DNA from: Camelus dromedarius
Lineage: Eukaryota
Direction: 5' to 3'
Length of the DNA: 64,000 nucleotides
Assembly (NCBI RefSeq): GCF_036321535.1
Contig: NC_087437.1
Location: 60,266,001 to 60,330,000, forward strand
Under the pieces are notes generated by a model. It was not told the origin of the DNA and did no database searches. It worked only from the letters and a program-made list of their open reading frames with translations. This document shows, piece by piece, positions 37,930 to 50,242 of the stretch. The translations under genes and the position numbers were made by a program. Position 1 is the first letter of the stretch, and the number at the start of each line of letters is the position of its first letter.

Positions 37930-39810
37930 GCCCTTGCCAGACCCCTCTCTTGAGTTTATTTACTTCCTTTCTCCTTTTACTCCCCATCCTGCAATTCCAT
38001 TCCCCTCTCTTGACCACAGTGATTCTTATGTATTTAGTGTGCATCCTTTTGTTTGCATGTTCCATACAAACAGTATTTGCTTGCAGTATTTTTAATTTAT
38101 GTAAACATTCTATCTCATTATGTGTCTTTCCTTTTTTCCTCCCCCCATCCCCACCCTTTTCTTTTCACTGTTCTTAGGATCCAGCCGTGTTGCTCTGTGT
38201 ACATCTGATCATCTGCTTCCATCCTACTATGTAGTACTCCCGGGTGTGTATTCACTGTATTTTATTTCTCAATCTCAGTAATGGAAAATCAGGTAGCCCC
38301 CAACTCCCACCTCAGATAACTGTGCAAAAAACATTCGCATACATGTCTCCTTACAGAATTACATAAGAATTTCTCGGGGGTATATACCTAGTGGAGAAAT
38401 TGCTAGTATCCCTCACTGAATTTGACTCATAATGCCAGAGACTTCCTGAGCATTTGCTGAGGCACTTTTCTGCTGTTCATCTTCTCACCAGCAGCCTATA
38501 AGTGTTGTCATGTCCCAGATCCCTGCCAATACTTGGCACTACCCTTCCTTCTATATTTTGCTGATATAAAAGGCATAAAGTGATATCTCTTTGTTGCTTT
38601 AATTTGCATTTTGCATATTACTAATGCTTTTGAGTCTTCTTTCGTATCTGCATGGATACATGGTGTACTGTTCAGATGCCTGCTCTAAGACTGAGGCTCT
38701 CATTAACCCAGCTGCCAGGAGTGCTGGCAGCTGATGACTCACAGGTGAGCCCCTCCCCAGCAATTGTCCTCAGCCAGAGGAAGCGGCTTCACCCAAGGTT
38801 ATGAACTCTCCTCGGGAGCAGCATCCATCCAATGACTAGTCCCTCCAGGGGAATAAAGCCTAATCCCCTGGCTAAATTCAGGACCTCTCTGAAGAGATAT
38901 CCCAGTTTCCACATTCCCCAACAGGGACAGCCTAAGCCACAACTGCATCACAGTTTGGATTCTGACTCTACCTAATGCTGTTTCCTCACTCTCTCACCAC
39001 TCCCAAATAAAACTGATCAGAACTCTCCACCTCAGAATCTACTTCCAGAGAAAACTGCCCTGCACCAACTTGTCAGCTCTTGGAGTTTCATCTTCTATAT
39101 AACGTCTGTTTATATCCTTTCCCCATTTTTCCCATTGCAGTCACAAATGTTCAACATCCTTGCATATTCTCCATATCAACTCCCATTGGTTTTAGATGCT
39201 ACAAGTATCTTCTATTTTTTTTTTTCTATCAGTCTGTTAACTTTGTTCATAGGATCTTTTGTTGTTTAGAAATTCTTATTGCCTTATGGCTGATGCTTTT
39301 AAAATTTCATTTAAAAAGAGCTTTTCTGAATCACAAAGATATCTTCCTGCACTTCATTCTATTTTATTTCTACTATTTTTCTTTAAATGAATTTTTCTTT
39401 CTTTTTCTTTCACACTTAGCTCTTAAAACCACCCAGAGCCCTCTTTTGTATGTGGTGTTAAGTAGGGATTCAGTTTTATTTTCCTCCATATAGTAAGCCA
39501 GTTTACTATTTACAAATACTATTTACTAAACAATCTATCCATCTCCCACCAATTTGTGGTAGCACCTATGTCCTGTTTTAAGTTCAGACATATACATGGG
39601 TCTGTATCTGAGCTCTCTCTTCTTTTCTGTTGGTCTATTTGTACATTTTTTAAATTGCTGTTTTTATCATGATAACTTTATAATGTGTCAATATCAGAGA
39701 GGGTAAAAGCCCTCTTCACTCTCCTTAAAATTGGCTTAGCTGTGCTTCTCTGTGTCTAGCTGGAGTGGTAACATATACCTCCATAATTTTTAGAGTAAGT
39801 TTAGTTCAAG
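37930..39810 (-). mobile_element. Old L1M fragment (ORF2 end plus 3' UTR), split by an LTR16-type LTR
   Basis: 'ggggtatatacctagtggagaaattgctag', 'gtgatatctctttgttgctttaatttgcattt', 'catatatacatgggtctgtatctgagctctct'-type antisense L1 motifs on both sides of 38649-39067. Confidence 0.8.
38649..39067 (+). mobile_element. LTR16 (A/C-like) ERVL solo LTR
   Basis: 'ccagctgccaggagtgctggcagctgatgactcacagg...gcatccatccaatgact...aaataaaactg...ctccacctcagaatctacttccagaga'. Confidence 0.85.
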
Positions 39811-42236
39811 TATTTTGGACTTGACGTGTTGGCTTTGTTTGGATTAGAAGCCCTAATTCATCTGGCAGCAATGGGTCTGCTAGCCAGCATGCCTGAATGA
39901 TGATTTGCGTCACCAGCAGTGCACACACAGGAGCACAGGGGAGAAACTTTAGGAAGAAGTCAAGCCAGGAGATGATATCTGGCTTGCACTGGACTCTAGA
40001 AAGCCCTGACAATTCTCTGCAAAGTGGAATTCAATCTGATCCAAGAGAAACATTCAAAGGCTCAGAGATCTTAATGAGCCTGGGAACCTAATCAGAGGCG
40101 GTAATGAATGATATTAACAACACTGTCCTGCCAAAGAGAGGATCCTATCTGGATCCTGGGTAGCTTGGCCTATGCTCTTGAGCATTGCAAGGGCCTGTCA
40201 AAGGGTTAGCTCATTGCCACTTTGTCTCTCTGCTGCTTATGCAGCATTTTAAACCCGCTGTTCCCCAAACCTCAGCTTTGAGGCATGTAGCATTTTTGTT
40301 TTGTAATAATTAGGAGACTGCGAGAAGGCTGTGGTTAGTCATCATAGTGTGAAGGTGACGGGTGCTCCAGTTCTGGAGGTGCTTACAGGTTCAGACACGT
40401 CAGGGCTGAGACGGGGGTGCGATGACTCACCGCTGAAACCTTTAAAACCAAGTTCAAGGAGAGAGCCAAGGCTTCCAAGTGTAGAATCTGCTCTTTCATT
40501 GAGCTGAGGCTGCACCCGGGCACGAGTTATGCTGTTAACTTCCGTTTTCTCCTCAACAAGGACTGTAAGGAGAAGAGAATCAACTTGGTTTGGTCCAGCC
40601 CGCACATCTGTCCTGGCCTGGACCCAGTTCCACTGACTTCTGCTGGGTGTTCGCGTCACACCCTTGACCCCCGTGCTTTCTCCTCCTCTGCTGCCAAATG
40701 AGGCTCGTGCCTCTTCCTGTTTTCCAAGCTCTAACTTCTAAGTTCCAAGTCTTTGAGAACAGATATTTTTCCATTGATTTGTATGGATTGTGTTTCTCCC
40801 CTGCAAGTGGCTCTGCAAAATTCTGGTTGTTGTCTTCACATGTTTATCCCAAGAGTGGCCAGCAAGTCTGACTGCTTGGCCCCGAGCCTCTCTCTGCCTA
40901 GCCTGAGTGTGTGTGTCCCTGTCCTGTACCCACACTGGGTCCCACACTGTGAAAAGGGTGGTCTGTATCATCTGCTCCCTTTGGAGAAGGGTCATATCCT
41001 GATTGGGGTCCAAGAGGGCCTAGAAATTGCCCTCCTTTGACCTCTGTAGCTTTGCTGAACCCCAGGAGGCTGGAGGTCAACAGCCTTATTGCGTTGTCCC
41101 TCTGTAGCTAGGAAACAGGACCACACAGGACCACTCTGGGGAGAAGGCCTTAACCCCTCCTCCCCAGTCTCCCCATTTTCCTTGGCTCTAGGTATATGCT
41201 GGGAGCTCAAGGAATCCACTAACTAGCTCCTATTTGCTCTAGTCTTCTTTAAATGTAATGGCCAGTGTTTGGAGCTGCTTCAAAAACCAGCCGCTATGTC
41301 TTGAACAGAGGCAGCTTGGCTGAAGGCCTTTTAGTGGACTTTTGGGGTCCTTACTCAGGGATATAGGAGGGCCATGTCCAGTGTTAGCCTGCCTGGAGTG
41401 GTAGGAGGTAGGAAAGGGATTGGGGAAGGCTTCTTTTTTCAGTCAGTGAGGAAAGGAAGCAGGCTGTGCCATGTTTTAAGATACTTGGTGTGATTGTCTA
41501 GGAAGCATCCATTCAGAAGCCTTGAGACCCAGCCCAGAGGTAGGTAAATATTCACATAAGGAGATACCTCAGTGGCAGGGATCAAGTTGTTGACTAACCC
41601 AGGGGAAATGAGATCATCTATTCTGCACCCCCACCCTCTTACCCCATCAATCCCAGACTTTCAGGAGGAAAAGAATACAGGCCAGGCCATGGGCAGGCCA
41701 ATGGACGGGATGCTGGGCTGACTGAGAGAGTTGGTCACATGGTCTGCTCTGGTGCAGTCGGATGCTGACCAGATCTAGCAGGAGAGCAATGGCCTTGTTT
41801 AGGTCTGTCGAGGACCTTGGATTGTTACTTTCTCTCTTAAAGTCTCTGTTTATCCACGTGTCTAATTATGACTAGAGAATCCATAGCCCAACTCTAAAGG
41901 GCTGAGGGTTCACCAAACACTTAGGCAGAGATGCTTCTTACAACAAGAGCAGTTGCCTACTACAAACTGGCTTTCCTATATTTGGTTTCTCCCAGGGATA
42001 TTAAATATAACTTTTCATATGTTGCAGGCATCAGAGCAGACCATGTGGTCAACAGAATTCTTGGTGTGGGCTCAAAACTTGGCCTCCCAGTCCCTGTGGA
42101 GACCTCTGAATGTTAGGCTGTACGAAACCATTCTGAAAAAAGTTGCATGTGGGTGAGGAAGGGTGGACAAAAGCAGAGATGGGCCCACGTTGCTGGGTAT
42201 CTCTCTGCTTCCTGAGCCACTGCTTTCTCCCTGGAG

Positions 42237-42372
42237 CTTCTGAGGCTCTCTGTGCAGTTATCGTCATCTTGGCCAAATCAAACACCACTAGAAAGAGCTG
42301 TTCCCTTCTGAGGTGCTCCATGCAGTTATCATCATCTTGGCCAAATCTAACAATACCAGGAAGGGCTGTTTC
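42237..42372 (+). repeat. Two-copy 68-bp tandem duplication
   Basis: Units 42237-42304 and 42305-42372 share 56 of 68 bases with no gaps. Confidence 0.9.
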
Positions 42373-42889
42373 CCAGGAATGACACTTGGGAGCCACACTG
42401 TGGTGTTTTCTTGTGAGCCATAGGGGCCCAGCATGAGGAGAAGCCAGTGTGGATATGTACTTACTCTCCTTTGTGATTCAGGGACTCTGATTTTTGCTGG
42501 TGAAAGTAGGGAACAGAGACCTCAGGCCAAGGAATCACAGATAATGCACAGAAGGAGTGCAGACGGTAAACTATCCACAGAAAGACAAATAGCCTAGCTG
42601 AAAAAGGGAAAGAAATGCAAAGCTGGAAACAGATTTCAGGCTCCACTACACACTTGTTAAACTGGGGTGCACCCAAACTCTGAATTTTCAGCCTAGGCCA
42701 GCCCACCACACACCCAGGGATGAGTAGCTGAAAAGAATAAACCTCATTCACTTCATCTTACTTGGAGCATTTGTCTTAGATTCTGCCCAGTTCGGCTTCT
42801 TGGCTTCATCTCAGATCGTCTCCCTTGATTCATATCCTATATTCCTGACTGTTAAGCTGACCCAATCTGACATGGCAAAAATGAATATA

Positions 42890-43330
42890 AATGACAAAAC
42901 TCAATGAGAGCACAGTTCCGTGCTAGGAGAAATGGCAGCTTTAAATGAAGTTGAAGGCCCTACAAATTGATTGCATCTTTCTAGAGAGTAATCTGGCAAT
43001 AGCAAGAGCTGAGTCTTAGCCATGAGCCAATCATTCTATCTAGGGAGGCACACCCGGAATAAATGAACCCAAAGGGCTAAAAGAACTATTGGTACATAAT
43101 TAACCACTTTGATGTTATTCATGCTAATGAACTAGAAATGATACAAATATTCACCCTGAGGCAAATTGGACAGCAAATTATGGTGCACCCACATGGTGGA
43201 CACAGAATTACAATTGTAATTGACAAACATGATGACTCCGTTGACACAAAAAAATCTGAATATGAAATAATATTAGAAAAAAACACCCTGAGAAGTGTAT
43301 CCTCACGGTGATTGCACAATGTGAAAATTT
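42890..43330 (+). mobile_element. Highly decayed L1ME fragment
   Basis: 'ttctagagagtaatctggcaatag', 'caaattatggtgcacccacatggtgga' resemble the L1 ORF2 end. Confidence 0.5.
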
Positions 43331-43719
43331 AACAAGCAGGGAATTAGTAGAAACATCGATATTTAATATGCCATGAAGTCTTCCTGTGGAAAAGTTGTCT
43401 AAGTTTGTCAGAAAAGTGTTTCCTATATAGAATAGAAAGGTGGGAGGATGAGGCATTCTCCTTTTGGTAGTTGTTCCTACGCTGGCTTGGCCAGGGTAAG
43501 GGGTTTGACTCCTTTTTAAGTTTTGTTTCTGTCCGGTGGATATTCTCAGCTCAAGGGGAGGACAGGCAGGGCCTTTCTAAGATCCCTCATCTTGGCAGCA
43601 CTGCCCTCCACCCTCTGTTTCTGTCACCCAGCAGTTTGGTCTGCAGAAAATCCTTGGCTTCCTTTCACTTCTCCTAACATATTTTTCAAAAATCAACCCA
43701 AGCCTACATTTGTCAGCAG

Positions 43720-43882
43720 CAATGGTTAGTTGAGGTGGCACTAATCTAGAGGTCAGAGGGCGAGGGTTCTAGCCCTGGCTTTGCCATCATCTTGCTGGGT
43801 AGACTTGGGCAAGTCTGGGTCTTGGTTTCCTCATCTGGCAGTGTTGGACCAGGTGATTTCTAAAGCCATTTCTATGGCTCTA
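43720..43882 (+). mobile_element. MIR (MIRc-like)
   Basis: 'gggttctagccctggctttgcca...cttgggcaagtc...ggtttcctcatctg...ttggaccaggtgatttctaa'. Confidence 0.75.
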
Positions 43883-45153
43883 TCTTTATTGACCCAAGAC
43901 TAGGGAAAAGAGCCTTGCAATGGAATTCTCATCACTCTGGGGCTGAGAATCAACTCTGCCATCTGCAGCTAGCTGCCTACAAGCCCTGGAGGCCAGGGTA
44001 TCACCATGACCAGATCCCTCTCACTGCAGGTGCAAGGGCTCACCAAGAGTTGATTAGAGGAAAAGAAAACAGTCTGCATGTTTGGGGCCTTTATCATCAG
44101 ACAATTAATTATAGTTCAATTAATGGAGAGGGTTAAGAGCCAGAAAATTCTGGAAAGAAGCAGGTCTCCTTTAGAAGAGTGGGCTAGTCCTGCTTGACTT
44201 CAAGTTCCCAGAATGAGACCCTCTGAACAGCTCTGAAACAGCTTACAGGATGACAATGACCAGACTCTGGTGTCAAAACAACGCCTCTCACTGTGACTGT
44301 TCAGAGAACCAAGCAAGTGGAACAGGGGTGGAGTCACAGAAGCTTCAGCCAACTGGAAAAAGAGCATTTGGAGCAAGTCAGAATTCTTTCAGATGCACTG
44401 TGATCAAGAAGGAAAGGATTAGTGAGTGAAAATTTGAAACTGTAAGGAAGTAGCTGGCTGTGGCCACTTCAGTCTTTGAATCTAATAAGCTCATCTCTGT
44501 GCAGTGAGTGGATGATGAGGGAGGACAAAGGATGAGAAGAGGAGAAAAATTTGTCTGCTTTTGGCAGAGAGAACGGCCTCTTGGCTTCTTCTGTGGCCAC
44601 CCTGAAATACAAGAGTAGGTGAAGCTCTTCTCACCAAGAACAGGGGCGCTGTGGGGGCAGAAGTGTCCTCTCTGCAGCAAAGATCTTAAAGAAATAACAT
44701 AACATGTTTTATGTGAAGTTGTATGATTAGTTTTCACTGAGTAACAAATCATCCCCAGCCTTAGTGGCTTAAAACAGCCACTGCTTACTGAGATGACAGC
44801 TCTGAGGGCTGACTAGGTGGTTCTTCCAGTCTGGGCCAGCTCGGCTGAGCTCTGCTGAGCTTTTCTGGGCTCCTGTGCCTCTGCTGTGAGCGAGCGAATC
44901 AGCTGGCAGTTGAGTGACTGAGGATGGCCTCACTCACAGGTTTTGTGGCCAGCAGGCTGTTAGCAAGAGTTAGGAGGTGACTGGGCCACAGGCCTCCTGT
45001 CACCCGGCGGGCTAGCATGGGCTTGTTTCTGGGGCCACAGGTTTCCAAGAGCTGCATGAGAGGAGGCAGCAAAGCACCTAGAGACCTAGGCTGAAACCTG
45101 TATATTGTCAATTCCAGTGCATTCTATTGATCAAAGCAAGACACAAAGCCAGC

Positions 45154-45272
45154 TAGAGTGACAAACTGTTGTCCCAGTTTGCCCAGCACAGAGGGGTTTC
45201 AGGGCAAAACTCAGGACATCCCGTACAAAAACTGGGGAAGTTCTGAATAAACTGGGACAGTTAGTCACTCTA
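45154..45272. mobile_element. MER81 hAT-Blackjack MITE
   Basis: Terminal inverted repeats 'tagagtgac(aaactgt)tgtcccagttt' and 'aaactgggacagttagtcactcta'; 119 bp long. Confidence 0.88.
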
Positions 45273-45304
45273 ATGGGCAGCCCAGGTGCAAAGAATGAGG
45301 AATT

Positions 45305-46136
45305 TGACATTTCTTCAAAGAAAGTATAAAATGGCCAATAAACACACAAAAGGATGTGCAACATCACTAACCATTAGGAAAATGCAAGTCAAAACCACAA
45401 TGAGATACCACTTCACACCCATTAGGATGGCTATTATCCAAAAAATAGAAAATAAAAGGAGTTGGAGAAAATGTGGAGAATTGGAACATTTGTATATTGC
45501 TGGTAGGATTGTAAAATGATGCAGCCACTGTGGAAACCGTGGTGATTCCTTAAAAAATTAAACATGAAGTTACCATATGATCCAGCAATTCCAGTTCTGG
45601 GTATTTAGCCAAATGAATTGAAAGTAGAGACTTGAACAGATATTTGTACACCCATGTACACTGCAGCATTATTCACAATAGCCAAAAGGTGAAAGTGTCT
45701 GATGGATAATCCAAGTATGAATGGATAAACAAAATGTGGTACATGCATACAATGGAATTATTATTCATTCTTAAAAAGGAAGGAAATTCTGTCATGTACT
45801 ACAACGTGGAAGAACCCTGAAGACATTATGCTCACTGAAAAAGTCAGCCACAAAAAGAAAAATACTATGAGTCCACTTATATGAGCCTCCTCGAGTAATC
45901 AACTTAATAGAGACAGAAAGTAGAATGGTGGTTGCCAGGAGCTGGAGGGAGAGATTGGAGTGTGGATGTTTCATGGGTGTAGCGTTTCAGATGGGGAAGA
46001 TGACAAAGTTCAGGAGAGAGATGGTGACAATGGTTGCCCAAAAATGTGAATGTACTTAATGCCACAGAACTGTACATTTTAAAATGGTTAAAACAGTAAA
46101 TTTTATGTTTATGTGCATCTTACCACAACAAAAAAA
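45305..46136 (+). mobile_element. 5'-truncated L1 (L1MB-like): ORF2 C-terminal remnant, 3' UTR and A tail
   Basis: Translation [36 protein letters not shown] matches the L1 ORF2p C-terminus; ends 'aactgtacattttaaaatggttaaaacagtaaattttatg...caacaaaaaaa'. Confidence 0.95.
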
Positions 46137-48063
46137 GGAGTGGGGAAATTGGCTCCCCTATTAATGAGAGGAGCTACAAATGATTGTGGCCATTTTTGCC
46201 ATCTGCTGCTTGGGTGAACAGGAATTTAATTAAATAGGGCCAAGCTGTTGTAGTAGCACATAGTGTTTGAGAAAGTCTGCTGGGATTCAAATATTGATTA
46301 TTTTGGTACTCTTACCTTTGGGAGTCAGTTGTAGCTTATGGTTCTTCATTTGGGCAGGAAAAAAGAGGGAGTAAAAGAAGGTATATTTTGATGAGTGAAT
46401 GAGGTGGGGAGTGTGTGTGGTAAGACTTTGGAACTGGCCAGAAAAGTAAAATAAAAATAAGTCAGAGCCCTAAAGACATCACTAACACATATGGAGGGGT
46501 CCAACCCACCATTTCCTGCTTCCTTTCTGCCCCAAGCTGCGCACAGAGCTGGCAGTTAGCACCAAACACCTGAGGTGTCCATGGATCCCAGCTCATGCAT
46601 GGCCTCCTCCTAGGCCCTCTCTGTTTGGTGTTCACGGGAGTCTGTGTTTACAGGAAACTCCGATTGTGCCTGTTTCTTTAGTCCAGTGTCAGGAGGAGCA
46701 GACAGCAGGGAGGAGTGAGGAAAGGCATCAGTGTGTGGGGTGGCCTGGCAGAGCGGAGGCAGAGAGGAGCTGAAGGCAGCTACCAAGAAGATGACCAGAG
46801 AAACAAGCAAACTCTCAGGATGCTGTGGCAGGGAAGGTCTTGGAGAGCATCTTGTCCACTCTTTCCATCAGAGGATGAGGAAAGTGAGTCCAGAAGGCTT
46901 TGGAGACTTGTTCAGGACCACTTACTGGGGGAAGCAGGAAGTGGCAGATCTGATGCTTGGGACACTTTTCTCATTTTTAAGCCAAGGTTCCATCTTTGGC
47001 ATCCAGTGGCTTCCGATTTCCCATGGAACTTTCTCCACACCAGGGACAGGGTGGAGGGGTAAAGCCCCAATGCAGAGCGCCTCCTTTCTCTCAGCTTTGA
47101 TCTACTACTCAGGGGTCCTAAACTCTCCAGAGCATAGGCGCGAGTCTTCTAGCTCCCTCGGCCCTGGAAAATCTGGTACAGAGGGTGTACTGTCATCTTC
47201 TCAGCTACTTAATTAAGGGGTTCTACTGTATTTCATTTTCCTCACTCAGGCCCATGGGGAGAAGTTATTTTTAGGTGTTATGGGAAGTACAGTACAGACC
47301 GATCCTTTCTTCTCAAGTCAGTGACTAAGAGTTAGCCCACTCTGGGTGTGTTGCTTAACACTTAAAGGTCAACGGTGGGTGGGTGTAGCTTGTCTCAGGA
47401 GGCTGAGACATTAGGGGATTGAGTCGGGCTAAGCTCTCCTTTTTTGTGTAGAGAGAACTTCTGGGAAGATCCCCAACTGAGAAGCATCTGGTGAATCGGT
47501 TTATTGATCCAATTGCCTTTTCCAGCTGGGAAGTCTTCAATAACTGGGAAAAGCTAGTCACAAGCCCATAGCTCTCTGCACCGTCCAGGACTCAGTGTGG
47601 TGTTCTAGGAATCCTGAGACGCGAACCTGTACATTGATTAAGGGCCTGCTATGGACAAGTTACCAGAAGACCTTTCAAGAGGAGGCAGGTACAATGCCTG
47701 TCTTCAGGGAGCTCACAGTCTGGTCACAGGGAAATAAGGCAAAGACTCAACTCAAAGACAAGTGGCCAAGGTAAAGGCTCCAGAGGCACTAAGTTCCTGG
47801 TGTTCAACACCCAAGTAGCAGAGGTTGGAACCAGAATGAAAACAGTCTGAAAATCCCAGCTTGGCCACCACCACCCTTTTCCCCATGCTCGCCTCTCAGG
47901 GCAGCACCAGAGAATGGATTCAAGGCTACCTTGAGAGGTCAGGTTAGGCCAAGTGGGTAAAGACAAGCCAAGAGGCTGGGAGACAAAGCAGGAGGCTAAC
48001 AGAGAGGCAGGGAGAGGGCAGAAGCAGAACAAGAAGCCAAGAATTAAGTGGGTTGGGACATTA

Positions 48064-48551
48064 TGTTAGTTAGGATGCAGATTTGGCTACATGGGACAAA
48101 GACCCAGAGTAACTGTGGTTTAAACAAGACAGAAGTGGATTTCTCAAGTGAAGTCTGAGCTGGTAAAATGGTTCTGCTCAGCTAATAATCATGGGGCATA
48201 GGCTTCTTTTCTCTTCTTGCTCCATCATCTCTAGGTGGTTGTTCTCATTTGCATGGGCCAACATGGCTCACCACCACAGCTCATCACCACATCCACATTC
48301 CAACCAATAGAAAGGGGAGGGAGCCATGGGGGGGGGGGGAGATTCCTTCCCTTTAAAGGCAGAGAGATTGCTTGCACCATTTCCATTCCCATCCCGTTGG
48401 CCAGAACTTGGTCATATGACAATGCCTAGCTACAGAAGGAGAATGGGGAGTGTTGTCTTTATTCTGGGTAACCACTTGCTCTGCTAAAATGTCTACTGCC
48501 ATGGAAGAAGGGGAGAATAGGTACTGGGGACATCAGACAGTCTTTGCCACA
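48064..48551 (-). mobile_element. MLT1J-like solo LTR
   Basis: TG...CA ends; 'tgttagttaggat...gtggtttaaacaagacagaagt' and 'ttggccagaacttggtcatatgacaatgcctagct'. Confidence 0.85.
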
Positions 48552-49539
48552 GGCATAGACTAGATGGAAGCAAGGCAAGATAGGGTTCCTTTAAGGCCAG
48601 TCCAGATACCAAGCACAGCAGCTTCTCTGTGAGCCCCCTGCCAGGACTGTGGCCCTTTGGATGCTGAGAAGAGAGAAGCACAGAGAAGCACAAAGAAGAG
48701 TGAGATTGCAGTCATTGGAAGAACTAAGCACGTCTTCACGTGTGCACTTGAGTGGAGTCCCATCTATTGACAGCAGATGGAGAGGAAGGACACACCAAGA
48801 AGACATGTCAATCGTGTGAGGAGAGCAGCAGGAATAGAATCCAAGACAACAGGAGCCACTGAAGGTGTATGTATAGGAGAAGAGATGGAGATGTGCTTCC
48901 CCAGGACTCTCAGGGGCCAATGCAACAATGCTTGATGCCACGACAGGCAAAGGAAGAGAACACAGGATAAACTGAAGCGTTTGGGCATTGGGCTGTAGAC
49001 TGAGTTTATCCCTCCCCAAGAAGAGTTGGAACTTACTGATTTTATATAAGCAGGTGCTCTGTCCCACTCTGCTCTAAAGAGCCTGGCAGCCTTGACTTCT
49101 CCTCTCATTTAGTTGGGAGTGAGATGACCCTGCCCTCTGATACTGCACAGAGGCATTTCGTCTGTCTCCCTCAGCCCTGGGCACAGATTCTTGACACTGA
49201 GCCTTACCCTGATGCTCTGGTTCCCAGTCAGCATCTCTATGGGGACGGGGAATGAGGATAGGAGCGGGCTGGCATCATTCTGTGCACGTCATAGAGCCGG
49301 AAGAGTTGTGAAACCCAGGAGGTTCTGCTAGGCTGGTCTGCAGTAAATACTTGTTATAAAAATAAACCTATCTTGCTATTCAACAACAATGAGCAATACC
49401 CTAGGGCTGCCAGAGCTGGAAGTACTCATCCGTCTCTGGGCACACTGCTGCGGGATGCCGGCCAACACATGGCAGCATGCACCAGTGCACATGTCCTCTC
49501 ACTCCCAGTCTTCTACATCTGAATCCACAGATTCAGACC

Positions 49540-50236
49540 TCCTTCAAGTTGTCACCTGAACTGAAGCCAAATATAGAGAAATATAAAGTCCTACTTCTGA
49601 GTTAAAACAAAACAATACTTGCCAATACAGGGGATGAGGAGCTTGACTGTAGCTGGAGGAACAGAAAGATGGAAGGTTGTTGTGGAATCTACATTTAATA
49701 TGAACCAGTGGTATGGAGTTAGCATAAAAATGCAAATGCAGTCTTTAACTGCTTTGGAGCCAGTGGAAATGTCTGAAACAAAGGAAGTTGTTAATCCTGT
49801 TTCAGATCAGAGTAACATATGAGGTACATTCAGAGAAAAGGCTCTGCAATGGTATGAGAACTCAAAACTATGGACATAAGTTAAGAGAACTGATGGAGCA
49901 AGAAGAGGAAAGAAATCCTGCTGCCTGGAGGAGACCCAGGTGGACATAATGACCAGCTTCACGTTGCTGAAGGGTTGTCATGGGGATGAGGAAGCAGCTT
50001 CTTCTGTGTGGGCTCCAAGGGGAAGTTATAGCCTGGACGGTTGGTTTCAGAATAGAATTGGAATTGTCTGAAAATGGAATGCTCTCCCTCATGAGATCGT
50101 GAATTCTCCATTGCTGGAGTTTGAAAAAGGCTGGTAAATCTGTATGTGGGATGCTGTGGCAGAAATTCACCCATTTGGTAAAAACAGGACTAGGGGACTT
50201 AATGAGTTTCTTCCATCTTTGGGGTCTTATGATTCC
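49540..50236 (+). mobile_element. L3/CR1 ORF2 C-terminal region and 3' end
   Basis: Decayed 'KCKVLHLG' (aaatataaagtcctacttctgag), 'LNMSQQC...AKKAN' (tttaatatgaaccagtggtatg...aaaaatgcaaatgca) and 3' 'ccattgctggagtttgaaaa'. Confidence 0.7.
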
Positions 50237-50242
50237 GTGCGT

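Larger units (their letters stand above)
44720..46210 (-). mobile_element. MLT1 solo LTR hosting MER81 and L1MB insertions
   Basis: Starts 'gtaacaaatcatccccagccttagtggcttaaaaca', runs to 'cattctattgatcaaagcaagacacaaagccagc', and resumes after the L1 at 'ggagtggggaaattggctcccct...gtggccatttttg'. Confidence 0.8.

Noticed and set aside
45286..45519. 77-aa ORF with real protein similarity
   Set aside because: It is a dead L1 ORF2p C-terminal fragment ending in a premature stop, not a host gene.
46715..47216. Longest ORFs in the window (161 aa; also 158 aa at 48591-49067)
   Set aside because: No recognisable domain and no true ATG/Kozak start; the lengths are expected by chance when alternative starts are allowed.
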